From positions 1,212 through 65,211 of the forward strand of contig CAZQFB010000001.1 in NCBI GenBank assembly GCA_964592525.1: a stretch of DNA of 64,000 nt, given 5' to 3'. The stretch's first letter is position 1; the number at the start of each line of letters is the position of its first letter. The position numbers were made by a program, and so were the translations under genes. A model generated the notes under the pieces. It searched no databases. It was given only the letters and a program-made list of their open reading frames with translations, and was not told where the DNA came from. Of the stretch, positions 37,523 through 49,065 are shown in pieces. This DNA is from an uncultured Candidatus Saccharibacteria bacterium. GTDB taxonomy: Bacteria > Patescibacteriota > WWE3 > CAZQFB01.

Positions 37523-39031
37523 TTATCTTGCTGTTTCTTCGGCTCGTACTTCTCGTACGACAGTAACTTTCACTTGACCGGGATACACCAACTCTCGTTC
37601 AATTTTGGTGGCGATGTCTTGGGCTAATTTATAAGCACTAAGATCATCTATTTCTTCAGGAGTGACTACGACGCGGATTTCTCGCCCGGCGGAAATAGCA
37701 TAGGCGTGATCAACCCCAGTAAAGGATAAAGCTATTTTTTCTAAGTCCTCCATGCGTTTGATGTAAGCATCATAATCTTCATGTCGAGCGCCGGGGCGGG
37801 AGGCGGAAATAGCGTCAGCGATATAGACAATCAATGCTTCCACGGAGGAAAGCGGTTCATCTTCGTGATGCTGCGCGACGCAGGCAATTACTTCCGCAGG
37901 TAATTCGTGTTTTTTAAGTATTTCTACGCCAGCTTGGACATGGGTTTTTTCGTTGTCGTCTATGACTTTGCCAATATCATGGAGCAGACAAGCTAAGCGA
38001 ACAATATCAGCATCAGCGCCTAATTCTTTGGCCAACTTAATTCCTATCTGGGTTTCCTCCAGAGTGTGTTGAATCATGTTTTGACCATAAGAATAGCGAT
38101 ATTTGAAGCGTCCAAGTAAAGCAACTAATTCTTTAGGAAGATTGTAAACGTTGACTTGGTGACAAAGTTCTTCACCCGCTTTAAACATCATCTGTTCAAT
38201 TTCCCGAGTAGTTTTTTGGACTACTTCTTCGATTCGGGCGGGTTGAATGCGACCGTCTTTAATCAGTTGCTCTAAGGCTATTTTGGCGATTTCTCTTCTT
38301 ACTGGATCAAAGCAAGATAGTCTTATTTCACCAGGTGTTTCATCAAGTTCCACATTTACCCCGGTAGCTCTCTCAAAGGCTTTGATGTTTCTACCTTCCT
38401 TACCAATGATGCGCCCTTTGAGTTCTGGGTCTTTCATGGCAATAACGGAGGTGGTGTATTCAGGTACATATTCGGTAGCGCCGTATTTCATGATGTCTGC
38501 TAGAATTTCCCGCGCTCGGATGTCACTGACTTCTTTAATTTTTTCCTCGGCCTCTTTGATTTTTTTACCAATTTCTTGCGAGAGATTATCTTCAACGCGT
38601 TTCATGATTAGTTGTTCGGCTTCTTTTTTACTAAGCGTTGCTACCTTCTCTAACCTTTCAAGCTGTCTGTTTTTAAGATCAGCTACTTCTGCCATTTCTG
38701 TTTGTATTTTTTCCAGTTTGACCTTGATAGAATTTTCTTGTTGGCGAAGCTCTTCCAGGTTTTTTTCTAACCGCTCTTCTTTCTGGTGTAAGCGTTCTTC
38801 AATTTTTAAGCTCGTGACACGAATTATTTCGGCTTCTTCTTTGGCCTCTTCCTTAATCTTTAAAGCTTGATCTTTGGCGTTGATTAGTATTTCCTTAGCC
38901 GAAGACTCCGTTTCGTCTGTGTTTAGGGTAGGTGGCTGTGGAGGTCTTTTTTTGTTTTGGGTATGGAGATATGCGGCATAGCCCATGGCCAGCACCGCAA
39001 CGAGTGCGCTTGCAAGAGTGTATTCTGACAT
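37523..39031 (-). CDS. rny: Ribonuclease Y
   Basis: N-terminal TM, coiled coil, KH domain KGRIIGKEGRNI, HD domain LLHDIGK, ADAISASRPGAR. Confidence 0.97.
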   Translation of the reverse strand: MSEYTLASALVAVLAMGYAAYLHTQNKKRPPQPPTLNTDETESSAKEILINAKDQALKIKEEAKEEAEIIRVTSLKIEERLHQKEERLEKNLEELRQQENSIKVKLEKIQTEMAEVADLKNRQLERLEKVATLSKKEAEQLIMKRVEDNLSQEIGKKIKEAEEKIKEVSDIRAREILADIMKYGATEYVPEYTTSVIAMKDPELKGRIIGKEGRNIKAFERATGVNVELDETPGEIRLSCFDPVRREIAKIALEQLIKDGRIQPARIEEVVQKTTREIEQMMFKAGEELCHQVNVYNLPKELVALLGRFKYRYSYGQNMIQHTLEETQIGIKLAKELGADADIVRLACLLHDIGKVIDDNEKTHVQAGVEILKKHELPAEVIACVAQHHEDEPLSSVEALIVYIADAISASRPGARHEDYDAYIKRMEDLEKIALSFTGVDHAYAISAGREIRVVVTPEEIDDLSAYKLAQDIATKIERELVYPGQVKVTVVREVRAEETAR

Positions 39032-39357
39032 GGTTGGTAATTTATCCTCATTGTATTAGTAAGTAAAATAAACAAAGATCCTGCATAGCAGGACCTCAAA
39101 CATTCTATCATTGAAAGGGTTAATGTCAATTAAAGCTGCTGGGGAGGATTTATTTTTACTTGCCTCTTTGATAATTATTAATTATGTTTGTGTACCAGTG
39201 CTTTTTGGAAACACTAGCTCTTGCATGAGTATAATAGACGATACTGGAGATAGTGGCTATGAGAGAAAGGAAAGGAGGTGTTGGAGACCTCAAGCTATCA
39301 TTTAGCTTGAGGCCTTTGTTTTATGGTATAAATTCAGCACATGCATAATAGGAGGTA

Positions 39358-40887
39358 GTGATGCTTTCCAGAGTGATGTCGGGAGCTGTGGTTGGGTTGG
39401 AGGCAGTACCAGTTGAGGTTGAGGTAGATATTGCCTCACAAGGCTTTCCGGCCTTTTCCATTGTTGGTTTGCCAGATAAGGCAATTGAAGAAGCTAAAGA
39501 TCGAGTTAGATCAGCTTTAACTAACAGTAGCGCACCTTTCCCGAATCGAAGAATTACCGTTAACTTATCGCCAGCAGATTTGCCAAAGAGTGGTCCGGCT
39601 TACGATTTTCCTATTTCGCTGGGTATCCTTTTGGCTTATAAACAACTACCTTCAGTTGATATAACGGACTCTCTTTTTTTGGGGGAAGTTTCTTTGGATG
39701 GTACTTTGCGTACTACGCCTGGAGTAATTTCTTTAGTTGGGATGGCGAAGGAGCAAGGCTTCAGAAAAGTATTTTTACCGTCAGTTAATGCTTCCGAAGC
39801 GTCTCTGGTTGAAGGTATTGCTGTTTATCCGGTTCACTCTATTGCCGAAATAATTGATCATTTTCAAGGTACTAAAGTTTTGGAATCTTTGCGGCGCAAA
39901 AACGAATGGCGACAGACAGGGCAAGAATATCCAGTTGATTTTGCTGATATTGTTGGGCAAGATCAGGCTAAAAGGGCGATGATTATTGCTGCTGCGGGTG
40001 GGCATAATATTTCCTTAACTGGACCTGCTGGTTCCGGTAAAACACTGCTAGCTAGAGCACTGCCTTCTATTTTACCGCCTTTATCAGTAGCAGAGGCTTT
40101 AGAAGTGACTAAAATCGCATCAATTACCGGTAATTTGCCCCGAGATACGGCTTTAATTACCCTTAGACCTTTTCGTTCTCCTCATCATACTGTGTCTCGC
40201 GCGGGTTTAATTGGTGGTGGTACCCATCCTCTTCCAGGTGAGATTAGTATGGCTCATCGTGGGGTCTTATTTTTAGATGAGTTTCCTGAATATCCCCGCC
40301 ATGTTTTAGAAGCGCTGCGACAACCGCTTGAAGATGGTGTGGTTACTGTGAGTCGGGCACGCATGGCACTGACTTTCCCAGCCAATTTTATGTTAGTGAC
40401 TGCCCAAAACCCCTGCCCATGTGGGAATTATGGTCACGCCCAAAAAGATTGTACTTGTAGTCCTCAACAGATTCTTAATTACCAGCGGAAGATTTCCGGT
40501 CCGATGCAGGATCGCATTGACCTACATGTTTATGTGCCTGCGGTAGAAGTAGCTAAACTTTCTTCTTCCGCTTTAGTTCAGTCTCGTGAAACTTCAGTTA
40601 CTCTTCGGGCTCAAGTAATTCGGGCTCGGGAAAGACAACAACACCGCTATCAACAGCTGGCTTATTTTTGTAATGCCGATATTACGGCTAAAATCATTAG
40701 TAACATCTGTTCTTTCTCGACTGACGCCACTGTGATCTTAAATAAAGCTATCAGTCAATTTGCTCTGTCGGCACGGTCTTACCATAAGGTGATTAAAATA
40801 GCCTTGACCATTGCTGATCTTGATGAGGAGGATGAGATTTCGGCGTGTCATGTTTCTGAAGCTCTGCAATATCGCGCTAAAGATTAA
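39358..40887 (+). CDS. comM: YifB/ComM family Mg-chelatase-like AAA+ ATPase
   Basis: NLSPADLPK, GPAGSGKT, RPFRSPHH, PGEISMAHRGVLFLDE, NPCPCG. Confidence 0.92.
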   Translation: MMLSRVMSGAVVGLEAVPVEVEVDIASQGFPAFSIVGLPDKAIEEAKDRVRSALTNSSAPFPNRRITVNLSPADLPKSGPAYDFPISLGILLAYKQLPSVDITDSLFLGEVSLDGTLRTTPGVISLVGMAKEQGFRKVFLPSVNASEASLVEGIAVYPVHSIAEIIDHFQGTKVLESLRRKNEWRQTGQEYPVDFADIVGQDQAKRAMIIAAAGGHNISLTGPAGSGKTLLARALPSILPPLSVAEALEVTKIASITGNLPRDTALITLRPFRSPHHTVSRAGLIGGGTHPLPGEISMAHRGVLFLDEFPEYPRHVLEALRQPLEDGVVTVSRARMALTFPANFMLVTAQNPCPCGNYGHAQKDCTCSPQQILNYQRKISGPMQDRIDLHVYVPAVEVAKLSSSALVQSRETSVTLRAQVIRARERQQHRYQQLAYFCNADITAKIISNICSFSTDATVILNKAISQFALSARSYHKVIKIALTIADLDEEDEISACHVSEALQYRAKD

Positions 40888-41165
40888 TTCGTTAAGTATT
40901 GTACCCATTGGTTTTGTGTGCTGGCTAAGGCGATTAAAATAGCGATGACTAAAACCGTCACGATAAGGGTTTTTTGCAGATCATGTTTTAAATACTTTTT
41001 AAAGGTTTCGTTTTGTGGCGAAGGGCGGTTGTTAGTAAGGGTGACCACTTCTTTAGTACCTGGTTTAATAGGCTTAGTGCACGGTTGGACAACTTTATTT
41101 AAACGCCTTGCTTGGCTTTTAATTTTTTGTTTTTTAGTTTTTCTTTTAGACATCGTGTCTCCCAT
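40884..41165 (-). CDS. Small hypothetical membrane protein
   Basis: Basic N-terminus, YLKHDLQKT then a C-terminal TM helix. Confidence 0.6.
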   Translation of the reverse strand: MGDTMSKRKTKKQKIKSQARRLNKVVQPCTKPIKPGTKEVVTLTNNRPSPQNETFKKYLKHDLQKTLIVTVLVIAILIALASTQNQWVQYLTN

Positions 41166-41222
41166 ATTAAGTTAATGCGTGCCTCTCCTCAACCTGCTTT
41201 TAGTAGTGTACTATTTTATAAT

Positions 41223-41627
41223 ATGGAAATGGAGATGAAGCTGTTATTTATTTTGTTAGCTGGTTTGTTTTTGTATTCTTTAATTCTTTCGTTATTAATT
41301 CTTCGTTTGGCTAAAAGAGTCAAAAAGAACGAAGCTTTGTCACTTAAACAGCTGGCATCATCAGAGTATGGGGCATTACTAAAAATGAGTGAAAAGTATG
41401 TTCAGAAGGTTGGCATTGTTCGCTATAATCCGTATAATGATACAGGTGGAGATCAGAGCTTTGCTGTGGCTTTATTAGACGGTAAAGGTGATGGCATTGT
41501 TCTTTCCTCGCTTCACGGTCGGGATACTACAAGAATATTTGCTAAGCCTGTCAAAGATCGTAAAGAGGACTCGCACCCGTTGTCAGAGGAAGAAAAAGAA
41601 GCAATACAAAAAGCATTTAAGGAGTAA
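41223..41627 (+). CDS. DUF4446-like membrane protein
   Basis: QKVGIVRYNPY.DTGGDQSF..ALLD..G.G.V.SSLHGR...FAKP. Confidence 0.8.
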   Translation: MEMEMKLLFILLAGLFLYSLILSLLILRLAKRVKKNEALSLKQLASSEYGALLKMSEKYVQKVGIVRYNPYNDTGGDQSFAVALLDGKGDGIVLSSLHGRDTTRIFAKPVKDRKEDSHPLSEEEKEAIQKAFKE

Positions 41628-41632
41628 AAAAA

Positions 41633-42907
41633 ATGGCTTATTTAAAAAAAATAGCTCAAGAAAAAGATAACGCTGGACCATCGTTTAATGAGATTAACCA
41701 AGGTCGGGTAGAAGAATCCACAATTGAAGCGGGGATGGGTGTGAGCGAGAAAAAGAAAAAAATTCTTATAGGCTCGGTGGTTATCGCAATTTTAGTGGTT
41801 TTGGGGGTTAGCCTTTATTCTTTTTGGTCTTGGAACCGGGGTGGGGTTGAGTTAGCACCAGAAGCGGCGGAAGAGGGTACTGCTAATAAAATTGATCAAG
41901 CTAAAGCCAACGAAATTATTGCTAAGGAATTAGACCCAACCATTAATGCTGGCGAAAAAACGGAAGCTAGCCCAATTAACGGTGTGTTGTACACCAAGGA
42001 CAGAGCGGATTTTTGGAAAAAAAGAAGACCTATGGCGGTGGTGATTGAAAACCATATCGCCTCTAGACCACCTTATGGTTTAGCTGATGCAGAGATTGTT
42101 TTTGAAGCAGTTGCCGAGGGAGGGATTACCAGATTTGTAGCTGTATTTTTAGCTAATCAAACCGCGAGATTAGAGCCTATTCGGAGTGCCCGAGAGTATT
42201 TTTTGCATTGGTCAAGTGAGTTTGATGCTCTGTTTGTGCATCATGGTGGCGCTAGCTCTGATGATGCTAGTACTGATGCCTTAGGTAATATTGAAAAATA
42301 TGGTATTGATAACCTGGACTGCATTACGGGAGATAATCTTTGCACTAGAGACGAAAGCAGAGAAGCCCCGCACAACTCCATGAGCAATACTCCCTATTTA
42401 TGGGAAAGAGCTAGTGAGAAAGGCATTAATGATTCGGTTAGCTTTGCGTCTTGGAAATTTAAAGAGGATTTGGTTGAAACCGAAAGACCGCTTAGTCAAA
42501 ATATCTCCTACAATTTTTGGGATTATCCGGATTATCTTGTACGTTGGGAATATGATCCCCAAACAAACCTATATAAAAGAACAAATGGTGGTTTGATCAC
42601 TGATATTCATCTTGATGCGAACTATAATCAGCAACTAGCTGCTAAGAATATAATTGTCCAGAAGATGGGTCAGAAAGTAGTGGATGATGGTACTCCTCAT
42701 CCCCACTTAGTATTTGATACTATCGGTACGGGTGACGCGGTAATCTTTTTGGATGGTAAAAAAATTGAGGCGACTTGGGAAAAGACCGACCGTACTTCTC
42801 GGACAATGTATTATGACGCTATAACTGGGGAGGAACTTGAGTTTAATCGTGGTCAGATCTGGGTGTCAGTGGTACCAGTGGAAAACTTAATACAAGTGAC
42901 AAATTAA
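41633..42907 (+). CDS. DUF3048 (YerB-like) membrane-anchored protein
   Basis: RPMAVVIEN...RP..GL..A.IVFE..AEGGITRF, PIRSAR.Y. Confidence 0.85.
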   Translation: MAYLKKIAQEKDNAGPSFNEINQGRVEESTIEAGMGVSEKKKKILIGSVVIAILVVLGVSLYSFWSWNRGGVELAPEAAEEGTANKIDQAKANEIIAKELDPTINAGEKTEASPINGVLYTKDRADFWKKRRPMAVVIENHIASRPPYGLADAEIVFEAVAEGGITRFVAVFLANQTARLEPIRSAREYFLHWSSEFDALFVHHGGASSDDASTDALGNIEKYGIDNLDCITGDNLCTRDESREAPHNSMSNTPYLWERASEKGINDSVSFASWKFKEDLVETERPLSQNISYNFWDYPDYLVRWEYDPQTNLYKRTNGGLITDIHLDANYNQQLAAKNIIVQKMGQKVVDDGTPHPHLVFDTIGTGDAVIFLDGKKIEATWEKTDRTSRTMYYDAITGEELEFNRGQIWVSVVPVENLIQVTN

Positions 42908-42986
42908 CAAGCGTCTATTTCTGCCCTGTGAAAGTAGTTTGAGGAGACAGGCTTCAGCGTTGAGGCGTTGGTCTGTTGAATCCATA

Positions 42987-43577
42987 ATGCTAAAAGAATT
43001 ATTTATTTCTGAAGTCAGGGTTAACATGCTCAAGCTTTTTTTGCTCTCAGGCGTTGACCAAGAACGCGGCTTGCATGTCCGTGAAATTACGAGGAAGGTT
43101 GGGACCGAAATTAATGCGGTTCGGCGTGAATTATCCCGCTTAACAAAACTTAAAATGCTCAAACGAGAGGATCGTGGTAATCGAGTTTATTATCGGTTAC
43201 GGGAAGACTTTCCGCTTAAAACAGAGCTAACGGCGATGCTTATTAAAGAGGAGGGTTTGGGAGCGAGGATTATTGGTGAAAACCGGCGTTTCGGGCGCAT
43301 AAGTTATGCGGTGATGAACCTGGAATTTGCTTTTGGCCGAATACCCAAACCCAATGAGGTAGATATTTTGTTTGTGGGCACTATTTCTGTTGAAAATGTA
43401 CAGCAGTTTATTAAACAGGAAGAAGCCAAACTAGGTCGTGACATTCATTTTTCTATTATGGGTGATGATGAATTTGAGTTTAGAAAACAAAAAAGGGATT
43501 CTTTTGTGCTAGATATTTTAATGCAGCCAACTGTACTCTTGATAGGTGATCCGGTCAAATTTGCCAAACTCTCTTAA
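42987..43577 (+). CDS. Winged-HTH plus nucleotidyltransferase-like protein
   Basis: HVREITR.....NAVRREL..L...GNRVYY, then EVDILFVG; start placed at ATG 42987. Confidence 0.75.
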   Translation: MLKELFISEVRVNMLKLFLLSGVDQERGLHVREITRKVGTEINAVRRELSRLTKLKMLKREDRGNRVYYRLREDFPLKTELTAMLIKEEGLGARIIGENRRFGRISYAVMNLEFAFGRIPKPNEVDILFVGTISVENVQQFIKQEEAKLGRDIHFSIMGDDEFEFRKQKRDSFVLDILMQPTVLLIGDPVKFAKLS

Positions 43578-43624
43578 TCATTTTTGTAGGTTGGTGCGCG
43601 GTTATTTTTGTGATAGTGCTAATG

Positions 43625-44158
43625 AACACTCCAACTTAAGGGGGAATTAACTGTGTGTTGAGCTGTGATATTTGCTTTGAAGGTGACGAACGACTTGTTA
43701 AATTAACAGTGGGGCGTTTCTGTGCTACACCGGAAGTTGCTGACCACATGTGTAGAAGATCAGGAAGACCCTAGGGTTGTTCTGCTGCCCTACAACTGTG
43801 ACAACGGTGGGATATACCAAGAGCTGGTAGCAGTTTTGTTGCACACCTCGTTTCAAACTTCCCTGTTTGGGGGGACCTCCAGGATGAGGCAATATTTTTG
43901 GGGTGCTTGGCAAAATAGATTACTAACTACTTTGCTTAAGTAGCACAGCCAAAATAAAGGTTCTAGTCGTTTGCGCTTGACGTTGGGGGAACAAGCTAAG
44001 CTGGCGGTAGCTTTTCCTGACTTATCCTTTACGTACCGGAAACACCCCTCGTCTTGTATGAGCAGACGCAGACACTCTTCGGGGTCATTAAGGATCTGTG
44101 CACGTAAACGTGAAGCCTTGGTTATTAAATATTTGTAGAACCAAGACTTGTTTTTTTG
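43625..44158 (+). ncRNA. Candidate large structured non-coding RNA of unknown family
   Basis: About 680-bp intergenic gap; several long-range helices, a UUCG hairpin and a terminator-like end; boundaries approximate. Confidence 0.55.
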
Positions 44159-44175
44159 TGTGGGGGCTTGGGGTG

Positions 44176-44205
44176 TTGACATTCTCCCATTCTGTTTGCT
44201 AGAAT
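44176..44205 (+). promoter_or_regulatory. Sigma70-type promoter of groES-groEL
   Basis: TTGACA-N18-TAGAAT with extended -10 TG. Confidence 0.7.
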
Positions 44206-44257
44206 GCCCTCGCTTTGCTACACAACTGAACATATACATATTACAAGGAGATAAAAC

Positions 44258-44542
44258 ATGAATCTAAAAATGCTCAACGACAATATTTTAGTAGAACCTT
44301 TGGATACTGAAACTACTACCGCTTCGGGTATAGTGATTCCTGATACAGCTAAAGAAAAGCCCCAGAAAGGTAAAGTACTAAGTGTTGGTCCTGGGCGTTT
44401 CGCTGATGGACAGAGAGTTGAAATGCAGGTTAAAAAAGGGGATGTCGTTATTTACCGAAAATGGGGAGGCAACGAAGTTAAAGTCCAGAACAAGGAAATG
44501 ATGGTAGTTAAAGAGGAAGATATCCTCGCTATTGTTGAATAA
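44258..44542 (+). CDS. groES: Co-chaperonin GroES
   Basis: TASGIVIPDTAKEKPQ.G.V..VGPG, EEDILAIVE. Confidence 0.97.
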   Translation: MNLKMLNDNILVEPLDTETTTASGIVIPDTAKEKPQKGKVLSVGPGRFADGQRVEMQVKKGDVVIYRKWGGNEVKVQNKEMMVVKEEDILAIVE

Positions 44543-46177
<1,635 letters not shown>

Positions 46178-46233
46178 CCATAAAGGTTTATTTGTAGGAT
46201 AAAACCAGCGCTAAAAAAAGAATAATCACTTGG

Positions 46234-46270
46234 AGCAAAGGACCCGTGACGACGGGTTCTTTTGCTGTTT
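46234..46270. terminator. Bidirectional terminator after groEL
   Basis: agcaaaggacccgt-gacg-acgggttcttttgct. Confidence 0.75.
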
Positions 46271-46286
46271 GTTAGTTAAATAAATA

Positions 46287-46661
46287 TTATTTAAGTAGTA
46301 GGTACGACTGATACACAACCAGAAAAGCACTTAAAATAATTAATAAGACAAATATAATTTGGCAAGTATTAAATATTCCTGTCCGTTCCCTTCTAATGTT
46401 TTGTGAAGTCTGTTTTTCTTCTTGGAAATATCTTTTAAAAATCTGACTTGCCGCTTCGTGGCTGAAACTTTTTAACATAAGCCTTATGGTAACTAACCAG
46501 GATAGACACATAAGTACTATATAATCTAGTTTTACGGTTGGTGCTCTTAATAAAACGTAATATGTAAAAGTTACTGCCAAAAAAAGTAACAAGATTAGAT
46601 AATATCTTGGGGCTTGCTGAAGCACTTTATGGGGAAATAGCCTTTTTAGATAATTAGTCAT
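46287..46661 (-). CDS. Hypothetical membrane protein
   Basis: Three hydrophobic segments; same strand as the upstream operon. Confidence 0.6.
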   Translation of the reverse strand: MTNYLKRLFPHKVLQQAPRYYLILLLFLAVTFTYYVLLRAPTVKLDYIVLMCLSWLVTIRLMLKSFSHEAASQIFKRYFQEEKQTSQNIRRERTGIFNTCQIIFVLLIILSAFLVVYQSYLLLK

Positions 46662-46669
46662 ATGTTTAT

Positions 46670-47287
46670 TTAATTATTAGGGTTACGCTTGAGAAGCTTT
46701 GCAGCATTATTATTTGGAGTAGCCTTTCCCACGCGACAACTAATGAGCGCCTCGTTGTAAGGTTGACAGAGGTCGTGAACTACTTTTAACGACGTTTGTG
46801 GGTTAAGGTAAAGCGACTCATCGCTGGGTTTAAGAATAATGGGCATTCGGTTATGGATTGGCTTGACGGTATCGTTAGCAGCGCAAGTTAGAATACTAAA
46901 TTCATTTTGTTCATAAATACCGGCAAAGGAACAAGGTTTGTTTTGTGGCAGACTAATATAATAAGGCTGCTTACCGTGGGTTGTTTTCTGCCACTCATAA
47001 AAACCATTGTTTGGGACTAGACATCTGTTGTGAGCAAACAATTTATTAAAGTGTTCTTTTTCTAAAACTGTTTCACTTCTAATGTTTATTAATAAAGTGC
47101 GCTGGTTTCCCCAGGATACCGCTAAGCCCCATTTTTTGAAATTAACTTTGTGATCAATAGTATTGGTGATTATGGGCATGAGCATTGTTGGGGTGACATT
47201 ATAATTTTTTTCAAGTGGCGGGAGTTTTTTTAAATTAAAACGCATCGCAAAATCATCGTTGGGAATAAATACATAGCGACCACACAT
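46670..47287 (-). CDS. SOS response-associated peptidase (SRAP/YedK family)
   Basis: Starts MCGRY (catalytic Cys2); IN.RSET, RCLVP..GFYEW, IHNRMPIIL; TAATG overlap with the upstream gene. Confidence 0.92.
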   Translation of the reverse strand: MCGRYVFIPNDDFAMRFNLKKLPPLEKNYNVTPTMLMPIITNTIDHKVNFKKWGLAVSWGNQRTLLINIRSETVLEKEHFNKLFAHNRCLVPNNGFYEWQKTTHGKQPYYISLPQNKPCSFAGIYEQNEFSILTCAANDTVKPIHNRMPIILKPSDESLYLNPQTSLKVVHDLCQPYNEALISCRVGKATPNNNAAKLLKRNPNN

Positions 47288-48480
47288 TAAAACTCTTCCT
47301 CCAACAGATTCCATAATTCATCTTGATCGCCATCGTAGCCTAAGGCCCAGATACCTATGCCCCCTAATCCCCAGTCTTTAGCGAGATGGTATTTGCTTTG
47401 AAGCGATTTTACATCTTCGTAATGACATTGACGGTAGATTTCTTTTTCCTCATCGTAAAACACAAACCAAGGAGATTGAGCATCTTCATCCCACCTTTTT
47501 GCCTCGCCCTTGTTTTCTGGATGATAAGCGCAACCTTTGTAGTACTGAATATTGGAATAACCTATTGCTTCGTTACCAGGGACTCGGAAGCTTCCAAGCG
47601 TGTCATTTTCAGTGATCCAGTAATGACCGTAGTAAGCGACTCCCAGAATTAATTTATTCTTGTCGATAAATCTAGCGTAATCATTGAGCATGGTAATTAA
47701 ATCGTAGCGAAATTTATCTGGTGCTCCCCCAATTGGCGCTAGCGGACCAGTTTGCTCTTCGCTTAGCTGATGAAAGTCATAGGACATAATAAAGAGTTTA
47801 TCCACTACACTGGAGAGTTCGGCGATATTGTGAAGGCGGTTTCTTTGAGCAGAATTAGCGTGAGCATCTACGGTGACGATACCTCGGGGGTAAACATTGT
47901 GCACTTGATGGGTAAAAAGGGTTACAAACTCGGTAAAATTACTTCTGACCAAGTTGGGTGTAATACCGCTCCATTCAAAATCAAGGTTGAGGTTAGCGAC
48001 TTTCTTTTCCGCCATTTCGTTTAAAGTGTTTCGGATAAGAGTATTCCAACAGGTTGGGCAGTTTAAGAAAGATTCAATGGTGTTGTTATCTTGCATCACG
48101 ACCGCTAGCGATACCCTGACCTCATGTCTTTTTGCGTTGCTGATTACTCTTTCTAGATTAGTGCTTTTTTTCCAGTTCAACCAGCCCAGTTCACTAGTCC
48201 CGTCTTCCTGGAGCTTAATAAATTCTCCTGTTTCATCTATGTGCAGACCAAAATAGACAATTTCATCTACTGCTTGATATCTAATAAATTCAGAGTTAGC
48301 TAACATCCAATAGGGTAGAAAACCAATTACCTCTTGTGTTAGAGCCTCACCTTTTTCTAGTGTTTCAGCTTCAGGGGATAATATTTCTTGGGAGCGCTGC
48401 TCATTATTTTGAGCTGCTAATTCTAACCCCACGCCGATAGTAAATATCACTGTGGCTGTGAGGAAGATAATTTTTTTCAT
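47287..48480 (-). CDS. Secreted glycoside hydrolase family 18 protein
   Basis: GFLPYW, NLNLDFE, IMSYDF, LGVAYYG, GGIGIWALGYD. Confidence 0.88.
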   Translation of the reverse strand: MKKIIFLTATVIFTIGVGLELAAQNNEQRSQEILSPEAETLEKGEALTQEVIGFLPYWMLANSEFIRYQAVDEIVYFGLHIDETGEFIKLQEDGTSELGWLNWKKSTNLERVISNAKRHEVRVSLAVVMQDNNTIESFLNCPTCWNTLIRNTLNEMAEKKVANLNLDFEWSGITPNLVRSNFTEFVTLFTHQVHNVYPRGIVTVDAHANSAQRNRLHNIAELSSVVDKLFIMSYDFHQLSEEQTGPLAPIGGAPDKFRYDLITMLNDYARFIDKNKLILGVAYYGHYWITENDTLGSFRVPGNEAIGYSNIQYYKGCAYHPENKGEAKRWDEDAQSPWFVFYDEEKEIYRQCHYEDVKSLQSKYHLAKDWGLGGIGIWALGYDGDQDELWNLLEEEF

Positions 48481-48500
48481 CTCAAGGATTAATTATAAAC

Positions 48501-48529
48501 AAGAAAGCCCGAAAAATACGGGCTTTCTT
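48501..48529 (-). terminator. Terminator after hsp20
   Basis: aagaaagcccg-aaaaata-cgggctttctt. Confidence 0.75.
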
Positions 48530-48551
48530 TTCTTTGCGCCTAAAACTTTAG

Positions 48552-48971
48552 TTATTTATTTCTACTCTTGACTTCAATGCGCTTTGGTTTCTCTTCTTCT
48601 GCTTTAGGGATAATTACCTTAACCACTCCATTTTCCACTTCGGCAGTAGCCTGGTCCGACCTTACGCTGCGAGGTAAGGTAGTTGAGTAGTGGAAAGAGC
48701 GTTGTTCCATTTTTTTGTAGTACTGCTTGCCTTTTTCTTTTTGCTCATCTTTTTCAGTGACTTCCCCTCGGATAGTAATTACTCCTCCCTCAACATTAAT
48801 TTCAATGTCTTCCTCCTTAATTCCTGGAACGTTTGCCTCAACGACAATATCATTATCCGTTTCGTAGAGATTTAATGCCTCGTTGGTTCCCCCCCACCAT
48901 TCGGCGTCGTCCCAGAGCGGAAAGCGCTGCCAGGGTCTTAAAGATAAAGGCTCCCATCGAACAAGTGCCAT
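48552..48971 (-). CDS. Small heat-shock protein (Hsp20/alpha-crystallin)
   Basis: LYETD..IVVEANVPG...I.I......TIRGE...LP..V....ATA...NGV....IPK; SD aaggaggtg. Confidence 0.93.
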   Translation of the reverse strand: MALVRWEPLSLRPWQRFPLWDDAEWWGGTNEALNLYETDNDIVVEANVPGIKEEDIEINVEGGVITIRGEVTEKDEQKEKGKQYYKKMEQRSFHYSTTLPRSVRSDQATAEVENGVVKVIIPKAEEEKPKRIEVKSRNK

Positions 48972-49065
48972 GTGACACCTCCTTTCTCAATAAACATAAC
49001 TTCCTTAAAAGGCTTAACTTCTTAGGCTATTCCGTTTTCATTGGGGCAGCCAAGAAATTAGCCTA

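Noticed and set aside
38247-38870. 207-aa plus-strand ORF and similar antisense ORFs within groEL, pgk and HU
   Set aside because: Antisense shadows of well-supported genes
43625-44158. tmRNA, SRP RNA, or group I/II intron identity for the structured region
   Set aside because: No T-arm or CCA end after the GGGGC; no SRP helix-8 motif; no domain V; the GACU/AGUC pairing resembles P7 but there is no room for P4-P6 upstream and no interrupted exon
43722-44239. Short ORFs in the gap upstream of groES
   Set aside because: No clear SD or recognisable motifs; they overlap one another and the groES promoter
44160-44257. CIRCE element at groES
   Set aside because: No TTAGCACTC-N9-GAGTGCTAA-like repeat found
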